64,000 nucleotides of DNA from Balanoglossus misakiensis (Eukaryota; Animalia; Hemichordata). Position numbers and translations under genes: made by a program. How positions within the stretch are numbered: the stretch's first letter is position 1; every line of letters begins with the position of its first letter. The notes under the pieces are model-generated. The model was not told the DNA's origin, did no database searches, and was given only the letters and a program-made list of their open reading frames with translations. The stretch covers positions 1-64,000 of the forward strand of contig JBECUI020000029.1 in assembly GCA_040954595.2 (NCBI GenBank), in the 5' to 3' direction. Positions 10,101 to 23,033 of the stretch are shown in pieces.

Positions 10101-13100
10101 TTCATGCGAGTGAGTGTAATTGCAAATTTGCCTATTCTAGATCTGTAATGGAAATGGAGAAAGTACCTTATATTTTCTGTAAAATAGACATTTAATTGGC
10201 AAGCCGTCCTGCATCAATTATTAATTGTGTACATGCACTAAAGCGCCCTCACTGCTGGGTGTGTTGTATGGTCTTTAACCCTGTTTCAAATTAGAGTACT
10301 TTCTGCAATTTCAAGACAGATCTTACGTGCCATTGGAGAGCTCCATTGACTGGTCATTCATACTGTTTTCATTCATTCATTGCGGCATCAATATATTTTA
10401 TCTATTCTAGCCAAAGAGCTTGGCACCTGTTGAAATGAACTCATCTGCTGTGGGCCAGTTTATTGGTGGCAGTTGAGCTGAGGAGAGCACCTTCCTTCCC
10501 GGCACGCCACCAAGTAAAGTTCCACGCCGCCCACCACAGATGCCAGCATTCATTCATGCGAGTGAGTGTAATTGCAAATTTGCCTATTCTAGAATTCTTA
10601 CGTGCCATTGGAGAGCTCCATTGACTGGTCATTCATACTGTTTTCATTCATTCATTGCGGCATCAATATATTTTATCTATTCTAGCCAAAGAGCTTGGCA
10701 CCTGTTGAAATGAACTCATCTGCTGTGGGCCAGTTTATTGGTGGCAGTTGAGCTGAGGAGAGCACCTTCCTTCCCGGCACGCCACCAAGTAAAGTTCCAC
10801 GCCGCCCACCACAGATGCCAGCATTCATTCATGCGAGTGAGTGTAATTGCAAATTTGCCTATTCTAGATCTGTAATGGAAATGGAGAAAGTACCTTATAT
10901 TTTCTGTAAAATAGACATTTAATTGGCAAGCCGTCCTGCATCAATTATTAATTGTGTACATGCACTAAAGCGCCCTCACTGCTGGGTGTGTTGTATGGTC
11001 TTTAACCCTGTTTCAAATTAGAGTACTTTCTGCAATTTCAAGACAGATCTTACGTGCCATTGGAGAGCTCCATTGACTGGTCATTCATACTGTTTTCATT
11101 CATTCATTGCGGCATCAATATATTTTATCTATTCTAGCCAAAGAGCTTGGCACCTGTTGAAATGAACTCATCTGCTGTGGGCCAGTTTATTGGTGGCAGT
11201 TGAGCTGAGGAGAGCACCTTCTTTCCCGGCACGCCACCAAGTAAAGTTCCACGCCGCCCACCACAGATGCCAGCATTCATTCATGCGAGTGAGTGTAATT
11301 GCAAATTTGCCTATTCTAGAATCTTACGTGCCATTGGAGAGCTCCATTGACTGGTCATTCATACTGTTTTCATTCATTCATTGCGGCATCAATATATTTT
11401 ATCTATTCTAGCCAAAGAGCTTGGCACCTGTTGAAATGAACTCATCTGCTGTGGGCCAGTTTATTGGTGGCAGTTGAGCTGAGGAGAGCACCTTCTTTCC
11501 CGGCACGCCACCAAGTAAAGTTCCACGCCGCCCACCACAGATGCCAGCATTCATTCATGCGAGTGAGTGTAATTGCAAATTTGCCTATTTACGTGCCATT
11601 GGAGAGCTCCATTGACTGGTCATTCATACTGTTTTCATTCATTCATTGCGGCATCAATATATTTTATCTATTCTAGCCAAAGAGCTTGGCACCTGTTGAA
11701 ATGAACTCATCTGCTGTGGGCCAGTTTATTGGTGGCAGTTGAGCTGAGGAGAGCACCTTCCTTCCCGGCACGCCACCAAGTAAAGTTCCACGCCGCCCAC
11801 CACAGATGCCAGCATTCATTCATGCGAGTGAGTGTAATTGCAAATTTGCCTATTCTAGATCTGTAATGGAAATGGAGAAAGTACCTTATATTTTCTGTAA
11901 AATAGACATTTAATTGGCAAGCCGTCCTGCATCAATTATTAATTGTGTACATGCACTAAAGCGCCCTCACTGCTGGGTGTGTTGTATGGTCTTTAACCCT
12001 GTTTCAAATTAGAGTACTTTCTGCAATTTCAAGACAGATCTTACGTGCCATTGGAGAGCTCCATTGACTGGTCATTCATACTGTTTTCATTCATTCATTG
12101 CGGCATCAATATATTTTATCTATTCTAGCCAAAGAGCTTGGCACCTGTTGAAATGAACTCATCTGCTGTGGGCCAGTTTATTGGTGGCAGTTGAGCTGAG
12201 GAGAGCACCTTCTTTCCCGGCACGCCACCAAGTAAAGTTCCACGCCGCCCACCACAGATGCCAGCATTCATTCATGCGAGTGAGTGTAATTGCAAATTTG
12301 CCTATTCTAGAATCTTACGTGCCATTGGAGAGCTCCATTGACTGGTCATTCATACTGTTTTCATTCATTCATTGCGGCATCAATATATTTTATCTATTCT
12401 AGCCAAAGAGCTTGGCACCTGTTGAAATGAACTCATCTGCTGTGGGCCAGTTTATTGGTGGCAGTTGAGCTGAGGAGAGCACCTTCTTTCCCGGCACGCC
12501 ACCAAGTAAAGTTCCACGCCGCCCACCACAGATGCCAGCATTCATTCATGCGAGTGAGTGTAATTGCAAATTTGCCTATTCTAGAATCTTACGTGCCATT
12601 GGAGAGCTCCATTGACTGGTCATTCATACTGTTTTCATTCATTCATTGCGGCATCAATATATTTTATCTATTCTAGCCAAAGAGCTTGGCACCTGTTGAA
12701 ATGAACTCATCTGCTGTGGGCCAGTTTATTGGTGGCAGTTGAGCTGAGGAGAGCACCTTCCTTCCCGGCACGCCACCAAGTAAAGTTCCACGCCGCCCAC
12801 CACAGATGCCAGCATTCATTCATGCGAGTGAGTGTAATTGCAAATTTGCCTATTCTAGAATCTTACGTGCCATTGGAGAGCTCCATTGACTGGTCATTCA
12901 TACTGTTTTCATTCATTCATTGCGGCATCAATATATTTTATCTATTCTAGCCAAAGAGCTTGGCACCTGTTGAAATGAACTCATCTGCTGTGGGCCAGTT
13001 TATTGGTGGCAGTTGAGCTGAGGAGAGCACCTTCCTTCCCGGCACGCCACCAAGTAAAGTTCCACGCCGCCCACCACAGATGCCAGCATTCATTCATGCG

Positions 13101-16100
13101 AGTGAGTGTAATTGCAAATTTGCCTATTCTAGAATCTTACGTGCCATTGGAGAGCTCCATTGACTGGTCATTCATACTGTTTTCATTCATTCATTGCGGC
13201 ATCAATATATTTTATCTATTCTAGCCGAAGAGCTTGGCACCTGTTGAAATGAACTCATCTGCTGTGGGCCAGTTTATTGGTGGCAGTTGAGCTGAGGAGA
13301 GCACCTTCCTTCCCGGCACGCCACCAAGTAAAGTTCCACGCCGCCCACCACAGATGCCAGCATTCATTCATGCGAGTGAGTGTAATTGCAAATTTGCCTA
13401 TTCTAGATCTGTAATGGAAATGGAGAAAGTACCTTATATTTTCTGTAAAATAGACATTTAATTGGCAAGCCGTCCTGCATCAATTATTAATTGTGTACAT
13501 GCACTAAAGCGCCCTCACTGCTGGGTGTGTTGTATGGTCTTTAACCCTGTTTCAAATTAGAGTACTTTCTGCAATTTCAAGACAGATCTTACGTGCCATT
13601 GGAGAGCTCCATTGACTGGTCATTCATACTGTTTTCATTCATTCATTGCGGCATCAATATATTTTATCTATTCTAGCCAAAGAGCTTGGCACCTGTTGAA
13701 ATGAACTCATCTGCTGTGGGCCAGTTTATTGGTGGCAGTTGAGCTGAGGAGAGCACCTTCCTTCCCGGCACGCCACCAAGTAAAGTTCCACGCCGCCCAC
13801 CACAGATGCCAGCATTCATTCATGCGAGTGAGTGTAATTGCAAATTTGCCTATTCTAGATTCTTACGTGCCATTGGAGAGCTCCATTGACTGGTCATTCA
13901 TACTGTTTTCATTCATTCATTGCGGCATCAATATATTTTATCTATTCTAGCCAAAGAGCTTGGCACCTGTTGAAATGAACTCATCTGCTGTGGGCCAGTT
14001 TATTGGTGGCAGTTGAGCTGAGGAGAGCACCTTCCTTCCCGGCACGCCACCAAGTAAAGTTCCACGCCGCCCACCACAGATGCCAGCATTCATTCATGCG
14101 AGTGAGTGTAATTGCAAATTTGCCTATTCTAGAATCTTACGTGCCATTGGAGAGCTCCATTGACTGGTCATTCATACTGTTTTCATTCATTCATTGCGGC
14201 ATCAATATATTTTATCTATTCTAGCCAAAGAGCTTGGCACCTGTTGAAATGAACTCATCTGCTGTGGGCCAGTTTATTGGTGGCAGTTGAGCTGAGGAGA
14301 GCACCTTCCTTCCCGGCACGCCACCAAGTAAAGTTCCACGCCGCCCACCACAGATGCCAGCATTCATTCATGCGAGTGAGTGTAATTGCAAATTTGCCTA
14401 TTCTAGATCTGTAATGGAAATGGAGAAAGTACCTTATATTTTCTGTAAAATAGACATTTAATTGGCAAGCCGTCCTGCATCAATTATTAATTGTGTACAT
14501 GCACTAAAGCGCCCTCACTGCTGGGTGTGTTGTATGGTCTTTAACCCTGTTTCAAATTAGAGTACTTTCTGCAATTTCAAGACAGATCTTACGTGCCATT
14601 GGAGAGCTCCATTGACTGGTCATTCATACTGTTTTCATTCATTCATTGCGGCATCAATATATTTTATCTATTCTAGCCAAAGAGCTTGGCACCTGTTGAA
14701 ATGAACTCATCTGCTGTGGGCCAGTTTATTGGTGGCAGTTGAGCTGAGGAGAGCACCTTCCTTCCCGGCACGCCACCAAGTAAAGTTCCACGCCGCCCAC
14801 CACAGATGCCAGCATTCATTCATGCGAGTGAGTGTAATTGCAAATTTGCCTATTCTAGATCTGTAATGGAAATGGAGAAAGTACCTTATATTTTCTGTAA
14901 AATAGACATTTAATTGGCAAGCCGTCCTGCATCAATTATTAATTGTGTACATGCACTAAAGCGCCCTCACTGCTGGGTGTGTTGTATGGTCTTTAACCCT
15001 GTTTCAAATTAGAGTACTTTCTGCAATTTCAAGACAGATCTTACGTGCCATTGGAGAGCTCCATTGACTGGTCATTCATACTGTTTTCATTCATTCATTG
15101 CGGCATCAATATATTTTATCTATTCTAGCCAAAGAGCTTGGCACCTGTTGAAATGAACTCATCTGCTGTGGGCCAGTTTATTGGTGGCAGTTGAGCTGAG
15201 GAGAGCACCTTCCTTCCCGGCACGCCACCAAGTAAAGTTCCACGCCGCCCACCACAGATGCCAGCATTCATTCATGCGAGTGAGTGTAATTGCAAATTTG
15301 CCTATTCTAGATCTGTAATGGAAATGGAGAAAGTACCTTATATTTTCTGTAAAATAGACATTTAATTGGCAAGCCGTCCTGCATCAATTATTAATTGTGT
15401 ACATGCACTAAAGCGCCCTCACTGCTGGGTGTGTTGTATGGTCTTTAACCCTGTTTCAAATTAGAGTACTTTCTGCAATTTCAAGACAGATCTTACGTGC
15501 CATTGGAGAGCTCCATTGACTGGTCATTCATACTGTTTTCATTCATTCATTGCGGCATCAATATATTTTATCTATTCTAGCCAAAGAGCTTGGCACCTGT
15601 TGAAATGAACTCATCTGCTGTGGGCCAGTTTATTGGTGGCAGTTGAGCTGAGGAGAGCACCTTCCTTCCCGGCACGCCACCAAGTAAAGTTCCACGCCGC
15701 CCACCACAGATGCCAGCATTCATTCATGCGAGTGAGTGTAATTGCAAATTTGCCTATTCTAGATCTGTAATGGAAATGGAGAAAGTACCTTATATTTTCT
15801 GTAAAATAGACATTTAATTGGCAAGCCGTCCTGCATCAATTATTAATTGTGTACATGCACTAAAGCGCCCTCACTGCTGGGTGTGTTGTATGGTCTTTAA
15901 CCCTGTTTCAAATTAGAGTACTTTCTGCAATTTCAAGACAGATCTTACGTGCCATTGGAGAGCTCCATTGACTGGTCATTCATACTGTTTTCATTCATTC
16001 ATTGCGGCATCAATATATTTTATCTATTCTAGCCAAAGAGCTTGGCACCTGTTGAAATGAACTCATCTGCTGTGGGCCAGTTTATTGGTGGCAGTTGAGC

Positions 16101-17769
16101 TGAGGAGAGCACCTTCCTTCCCGGCACGCCACCAAGTAAAGTTCCACGCCGCCCACCACAGATGCCAGCATTCATTCATGCGAGTGAGTGTAATTGCAAA
16201 TTTGCCTATTCTAGATCTGTAATGGAAATGGAGAAAGTACCTTATATTTTCTGTAAAATAGACATTTAATTGGCAAGCCGTCCTGCATCAATTATTAATT
16301 GTGTACATGCACTAAAGCGCCCTCACTGCTGGGTGTGTTGTATGGTCTTTAACCCTGTTTCAAATTAGAGTACTTTCTGCAATTTCAAGACAGATCTTAC
16401 GTGCCATTGGAGAGCTCCATTGACTGGTCATTCATACTGTTTTCATTCATTCATTGCGGCATCAATATATTTTATCTATTCTAGCCAAAGAGCTTGGCAC
16501 CTGTTGAAATGAACTCATCTGCTGTGGGCCAGTTTATTGGTGGCAGTTGAGCTGAGGAGAGCACCTTCCTTCCCGGCACGCCACCAAGTAAAGTTCCACG
16601 CCGCCCACCACAGATGCCAGCATTCATTCATGCGAGTGAGTGTAATTGCAAATTTGCCTATTCTAGATCTGTAATGGAAATGGAGAAAGTACCTTATATT
16701 TTCTGTAAAATAGACATTTAATTGGCAAGCCGTCCTGCATCAATTATTAATTGTGTACATGCACTAAAGCGCCCTCACTGCTGGGTGTGTTGTATGGTCT
16801 TTAACCCTGTTTCAAATTAGAGTACTTTCTGCAATTTCAAGACAGATCTTACGTGCCATTGGAGAGCTCCATTGACTGGTCATTCATACTGTTTTCATTC
16901 ATTCATTGCGGCATCAATATATTTTATCTATTCTAGCCAAAGAGCTTGGCACCTGTTGAAATGAACTCATCTGCTGTGGGCCAGTTTATTGGTGGCAGTT
17001 GAGCTGAGGAGAGCACCTTCTTTCCCGGCACGCCACCAAGTAAAGTTCCACGCCGCCCACCACAGATGCCAGCATTCATTCATGCGAGTGAGTGTAATTG
17101 CAAATTTGCCTATTTACGTGCCATTGGAGAGCTCCATTGACTGGTCATTCATACTGTTTTCATTCATTCATTGCGGCATCAATATATTTTATCTATTCTA
17201 GCCAAAGAGCTTGGCACCTGTTGAAATGAACTCATCTGCTGTGGGCCAGTTTATTGGTGGCAGTTGAGCTGAGGAGAGCACCTTCCTTCCCGGCACGCCA
17301 CCAAGTAAAGTTCCACGCCGCCCACCACAGATGCCAGCATTCATTCATGCGAGTGAGTGTAATTGCAAATTTGCCTATTCTAGATCTGTAATGGAAATGG
17401 AGAAAGTACCTTATATTTTCTGTAAAATAGACATTTAATTGGCAAGCCGTCCTGCATCAATTATTAATTGTGTACATGCACTAAAGCGCCCTCACTGCTG
17501 GGTGTGTTGTATGGTCTTTAACCCTGTTTCAAATTAGAGTACTTTCTGCAATTTCAAGACAGATCTTACGTGCCATTGGAGAGCTCCATTGACTGGTCAT
17601 TCATACTGTTTTCATTCATTCATTGCGGCATCAATATATTTTATCTATTCTAGCCAAAGAGCTTGGCACCTGTTGAAATGAACTCATCTGCTGTGGGCCA
17701 GTTTATTGGTGGCAGTTGAGCTGAGGAGAGCACCTTCCTTCCCGGCACGCCACCAAGTAAAGTTCCACG
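7184..17769 (+). repeat. Satellite array 1: 16 x 452-bp monomers, 11 short monomers (3x265, 7x274, 1x275) and one 366-bp partial
   Basis: Monomer lengths sum to the 10,586-bp span; monomers are nearly identical. Confidence 0.95.
7618..7794. mobile_element. 177-bp MITE-like insert present in every 452-bp monomer (first complete copy shown)
   Basis: Left end CTGTAATGGAAATGGAGAAAGTAC vs reverse complement of right end CTGTCTTGAAATTGCAGAAAGTAC: 19/24 identical. AGATCT occurs at both junctions, and the insert is absent from short monomers. Confidence 0.65.
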
Positions 17770-19562
17770 TGCATTCCTGGCCCTGGTTTTATTTATGTTT
17801 ACAGACAATATTGCATTTTTGTACAAGTATTTTAATCAACTATAAATTTTGAATGTGTCATTTACCTGAACCGGTCATGTTGACCAGAATGATACATTTC
17901 TGCCTTCACTCACCCTATAAATATGTGATTGAGACATAGGTCATTTGCATAAGCTAACATACCAGAAAGTAAGCATATCTGTTGTTTTCCCTGTGTCACT
18001 GCCATCAAAGTAAAAATTAGACGTTGTGTAGAGCAAACTCCAATTTTTTGTTCTCAATAAACATGGATGAATTACATAGAATGTGTTTGTTGTTTACAGT
18101 CTTTAAATGACACATTAGATTATGCACTTTACAAAACGTTTCTGAGAAACAAGTGACTAACTAGTTTCTTTCCACTGTGGCCAACGTGGTTCACTGTTTG
18201 TGTCAGAATCTCTCTGTTTTGCAAGGATTTTGAAATCATAGTGGTGACATGCATAGTGAAAATCAGCTACTTTCAAATGTCCGTCATGTTCATGCTGTAA
18301 TTGAATTTTCAAAGCTGGGCTGGCGTGTTTTTTCTTATTTACATAAGTATCACACTTTATACATGTATCTTCATGGGGTTTTTTGAGTCCCGTATTTAGG
18401 TCCTCTCTCACAATTTTACGAAATATCGTATAACTGACAGTTGTTCTTCCCAGAAGAGATTGGTTGGTTATGAACTCTCGGTGTAACTGCGATATACTGT
18501 GGGCCGGCGCCAGGTACGGTTTAAATCGAGGATTCCTGCAGTAGTGAGATTCTACAATTCTGTGCCTGCGTACGTGTTCAGTGATATCAGTCAGCAAATT
18601 TGGATTGAGTTTCCGACGATGCCCTTTGTGTCGGCCCCTTGCATCTGGCATCAGACCAGTAAAGTTCCATGTGCATTCCTGGCCCTGGTTTTATTTATGT
18701 TTACAGACAATATTGCATTTTTGTACAAGTATTTTAATCAACTATAAATTTTGAATGTGTCATTTACCTGAACCGGTCATGTTGACCAGAATGATACATT
18801 TCTGCCTTCACTCACCCTATAAATATGTGATTGAGACATAGGTCATTTGCATAAGCTAACATACCAGAAAGTAAGCATATCTGATGTTTTCCCTGTGTCA
18901 CTGCCATCAAAGTAAAAATTAGACGTTGTGTAGAGCAAACTCCAATTTTTTGTTCTCAATAAACATGGATGAATTACATAGAATGTGTTTGTTGTTTACA
19001 GTCTTTAAATGACACATTAGATTATGCACTTTACAAAACGTTTCTGAGAAACAAGTGACTAACTAGTTTCTTTCCACTGTGGCCAACGTGGTTCACTGTT
19101 TGTGTCAGAATCTCTCTGTTTTGCAAGGATTTTGAAATCATAGTGGTGACATGCATAGTGAAAATCAGCTACTTTCAAATGTCCGTCATGTTCATGCTGT
19201 AATTGAATTTTCAAAGCTGGGCTGGCGTGTTTTTTCTTATTTACATAAGTATCACACTTTATACATGTATCTTCATGGGGTTTTCTGAGTCCCGTATTTA
19301 GGTCCTCTCTCACAATTTTACGAAATATCGTATAACTGACAGTTGTTCTTCCCAGAAGAGATTGGTTGGTTATGAACTCTCGGTGTAACTGCGATATACT
19401 GTGGTCCGGTGCCAGGTACGGTTTAAATCGAGGATTCCTGCAGTAGTGAGATTCTACAATTCTGTGCCTGCGTACGTGTTCAGTGATATCAGTCAGCAAA
19501 TTTGGATTGAGTTTCCGACGATGCCCTTTGTGTCGGCCCCTTGCATCTGGCATCAGACCAGT
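17756..19562. repeat. 902-bp tandem duplication covering the satellite/cassette junction and the 3' half of the minus-strand transposase gene
   Basis: 17756-18657 is repeated at 18658-19559; the junction CAGACCAGT|AAAGTTCC uses an AGT microhomology. Confidence 0.92.
18157..18651 (-). pseudogene. 5'-truncated copy of the transposase N-half gene (164-aa open frame)
   Basis: Identical to the last 164 aa of the full ORF except D>A and R>K; upstream region is replaced by the duplication junction. Confidence 0.8.
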
Positions 19563-20015
19563 TGAACAGTGCATCATTTTGCTTAGAACGGTTCTAGTCC
19601 GCCTCTCACTAATGCCAAATAATTTCAGGAATGCATTTTTGCAGACAGTAACCGTTTCACCGCCTTCATTCACCAGGTGATAACGAACCGATTTCTTGTG
19701 TGACTTCATCTGCATATCCATCAGTTTGTAGAGCATCAAGTTCTGTTCATTATACACGCGACCATCAAAATATTTTCTCGTGGTGCCTAAAACATGCGTA
19801 CTCCCAAGCTTCCGCATACAATTCCCTTGAACGCAGGCGCATTCCAAGGAAAGACTGTCAATATCTGGAAAAGGGCGATTTTTCCTTGGTTTTTGTCTCG
19901 GACACGTCTTTTTAGAATTCCTACGTGGCTTGTTGGCTCGAGCTGACAGTTCGGTTCTGCGTTGCTGCCACACAGGAATGGGTTCCCACGCATAAGCAAC
20001 TCCCCGGCAGGCCAT
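19059..20015 (-). CDS. Sola1-like transposase N-terminal half, unit 2
   Basis: Copy of 315-1271 with one L>M change. Confidence 0.8.
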   Translation of the reverse strand: MACRGVAYAWEPIPVWQQRRTELSARANKPRRNSKKTCPRQKPRKNRPFPDIDSLSLECACVQGNCMRKLGSTHVLGTTRKYFDGRVYNEQNLMLYKLMDMQMKSHKKSVRYHLVNEGGETVTVCKNAFLKLFGISERRTRTVLSKMMHCSTGLMPDARGRHKGHRRKLNPNLLTDITEHVRRHRIVESHYCRNPRFKPYLAPDHSISQLHREFITNQSLLGRTTVSYTIFRKIVREDLNTGLRKPHEDTCIKCDTYVNKKKHASPALKIQLQHEHDGHLKVADFHYACHHYDFKILAKQRDSDTNSEPRWPQWKETS

Positions 20016-20062
20016 GGTCACAGCTGAAGTATTTGTTCAAGTACTGACTGACTAAACGCGGC

Positions 20063-21196
20063 ATGGAACAAACGAACGAACGACTTCACGTTCGGAAAAA
20101 AAATCGTTGCGAGCTGTTGGGTGCATGCCTCTATAGTTGTCGGCAACCGTTCTTTTTTATTGCTAAACAATGCTGTCAGAGCATGGAAGGTGTGGTGGAA
20201 AACGAACAGAGGTTTTGTACGACCAACGATTGGATGGTGCTACATATGGACTTCCACAAGTCATTGCCGGTTCCTAAACTCAGCTCTGAAGACTTTTACT
20301 TTAAATCGAAATTGCAAATGAAGCTCCTTGGAATTTACAACGGGACAACGGAAAAGATGCATTGTTATGTATGGACAGAGCTCGATAGCAGAAAGTCTCC
20401 CGATGAAGTTATTACCTGTCTAAATCACTTTTTTTATAACTCGGGTGTGACCAGCAGACATGCAGTTATTTACAGCGACAACTGCCGTGCCGAATTCAAG
20501 TGTGGGAAGTTAATGTTTTACTATGACTATCTGTTACGAAAGGGCGTGTTTCGACGAATTGACTATAAAACTCTTGTGGCTGGACACACGTACTCCACCT
20601 GTGACCGAGTTTTTGCGTCCATTGAAAGGCATGCAAGTCGTTTCCAGAGTATAGAGACACCTCACGATTGGACATCTGTGATTCGAGGATCTTCTCTGAA
20701 TGGGAACATTGGAGTTACGGAGATGACTCACAGAGACTTTTTCAATTATTCTGATTTCCTGAAAAATGAGTACGTTGTGCGTTATGCAGATACAAACAAT
20801 GTAACTTTTTACTACCAAGCCATGCACTATTTTAATTTTGGAGAAGGAGAAAGGCTTGATACCGACGGCAACCTCAGAACATTTAGTCATGCAGATAAAG
20901 TTTGGGTGAGAACATCTCTAGATCCAAGCGAGACCCCGATTGTAGTCGACTTTAGAAAGAAGAAGCAGAACCGGCGTTTACAAGATTGTACGCTGAACAA
21001 ACTTTATCAGGAACGTCGACCACTGGCGAGCAAAGTTTGGCGGGATCTTCAGAGTTTAGCCAAAAATTACCTGTCTCCGGAGGCAATAGAATTTTATAGG
21101 AATCTACCGCTTCAGGAGAGTAGTGGCACCTCTGCAGACCCGTACGCCTTTCATGATGATGACGACGACGATGATGATGATATGGGCGGTGGTTGA
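20063..21196 (+). CDS. Sola1-like DDD transposase catalytic half, unit 2
   Basis: Protein identical to 1319-2452. Confidence 0.85.
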   Translation: MEQTNERLHVRKKNRCELLGACLYSCRQPFFFIAKQCCQSMEGVVENEQRFCTTNDWMVLHMDFHKSLPVPKLSSEDFYFKSKLQMKLLGIYNGTTEKMHCYVWTELDSRKSPDEVITCLNHFFYNSGVTSRHAVIYSDNCRAEFKCGKLMFYYDYLLRKGVFRRIDYKTLVAGHTYSTCDRVFASIERHASRFQSIETPHDWTSVIRGSSLNGNIGVTEMTHRDFFNYSDFLKNEYVVRYADTNNVTFYYQAMHYFNFGEGERLDTDGNLRTFSHADKVWVRTSLDPSETPIVVDFRKKKQNRRLQDCTLNKLYQERRPLASKVWRDLQSLAKNYLSPEAIEFYRNLPLQESSGTSADPYAFHDDDDDDDDDMGGG

Positions 21197-21695
21197 ATAA
21201 ACTGTCCTTTTCATGACGACAGTGATTTTGGATATTTGATGTGCGTGCACAGTTTATATGTAATATTTTCACACGAACGAGTTTTGACTGAATTTGATTA
21301 AAGAATGTACTCGATAATTAACAAATGTGCTGAATCGTGGTTATTATGTTGTTAATTTTTGTTTGTTTGTTTGTTTGTTTGTTTGTTTGTTTGTTTGTAA
21401 ACAATTTCCGTTCATTCAACTGGCTACAAAGTTGGATTTTTGTACTGGGAAGCGATAAACTCGCACATCAAAACCGGGGAGACTCGATCATTTTTCCCTG
21501 CAGGTAGCCTGAAAAGCACCCGGGCAGAGATTACGTCATATATGGTCCACTTTAATACGAAATTATGCAAATGTGACATTTCACGGAAACGGCGTATATA
21601 AAAGCGACCCTGGGCTATTGTTCGGAATGCGTCATCGACGAGAGAGTGACTGATAATTCTTCTACCTCGAGTCAACCATTCTGTATATACTGAAC

Positions 21696-23033
21696 ATGGC
21701 TAGCTGGCGCAGGAAGAGACAAGGCAATGTGCGGTCTGTAATCAACGAACGGCACCGCTCAGTTCAGTGTCCCTTTCTTCAAAAGTGGATCGGTGAGCAA
21801 TTGGTATTTTCAGGTCGTTCAGAGGATGAAGTCCAGTCCAGTACTGTATTTGAGAGCTACAAATGTTGGGTTGAAAACTATTCGTCGGCGGACAATCAAG
21901 TAATGATTATGGTTACTAAAGCTCGATTTTTCAAGGTGAGAATGATCGCATTTTTCTTTCCCCCCCCCCCCCTCCCTCCCTCCCTCCCCCAAGGGACTCG
22001 TTTTCTGTCTCTTTTAAACCTGTAACTTAACGAAAAGGAAGTTTTTCACATATCTCTTCGTTGACACTATAGCAATTTGGAGCGCGGATGCTTCAAGAGA
22101 AGAGCGTTACCAAATCAAAGTCGGCCGGGGTTAATATTTATAGAGGTGTTCGTCTGAAAGCTGGTTCGCGAAGAATCTCAACGGGGAAACCTGAGCACAG
22201 TGTACTTCAGACCAGGGCAAGGGCATTTCTTGATGACGCCAGCGTGACCGTTCCGATCGAGGTAAGAATGGTGTTTTGTTTGGACTAGGACAATAGAACG
22301 TTGCAATGAGTGTGTCAATGGGTGTCCAAGTGCAAACGTGGTCTGCTTCTGTCCACAAATGCCATTAATTTTTGGCAGGATTTATAAAATTGTCAATGAA
22401 GAATACAAAAATGAAAAACAACAGTTAATAGCAAACTGGTAGGATTGCAAGGGCTTGTAAAACGGTACACACTGTACCAGGAAGTTTGCAACACTAATGA
22501 AGAATGTATATGATATATTTAGGTGAGAACTGTTCGCGATCGCCGGGACGCAGGACGGTGCGCGTTTTCGACGAGGGATATTCAAGCCTGGGACGTCGTC
22601 TGCGAATACCGGGGCACGGTTATTAGCGTTGAAGAAGCTAGTCGGCGTGATGAGCTTTACAGGGCAGAGGGGAAACGACCACGCATGTTCCATCTCTACA
22701 TTGGAAAGAGACACGTTGTGTGAGTGTATCACTTAGTCGAATATATGGTCATATATTGCAAAGCATCTGTCGAAATAGAAAACGTAATATTGTCTATATT
22801 TTCCTCATTAACGCAGCATTGACGGATACGATGTCCCAGCCGGTGAAGAAAATTTAGCAGGCCTAATAAATCACAGTCAGCAGAACGCCAACTTGGTACC
22901 GGTTCGGATCGGAGAGCGCCTGGTTTTCTTTGCAACCAGGAATCTTTGTCAGGGAGTAGAGCTTTTGTATGATTACGGTGACGGGGGTGAAGAGGATTTC
23001 TTCAGTGGTTCTCAAACTTTTCCTGAAAATTAA
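21696..23033 (+). CDS. Winged-helix + SET-domain protein (4 exons), unit 2
   Basis: Copy of 2952-4292; the 3-bp length difference lies in the poly-C tract of intron 1. Confidence 0.88.

Noticed and set aside
9746-17201. Repeated 70/73-aa ORFs (MVAVELRR…)
   Set aside because: They have TTG starts, appear only where short monomers happen to keep the frame, and show no recognisable domain.
7184-17769. CRISPR-like array beside a nuclease
   Set aside because: There are no unique spacers; monomers are 265-452 bp and nearly identical, and the context is eukaryotic with no cas genes.
17740-17800. Classical TIR/TSD or LTR-like terminal repeats at the cassette's left junction
   Set aside because: No inverted or direct match to the right end of the cassette could be found by eye.
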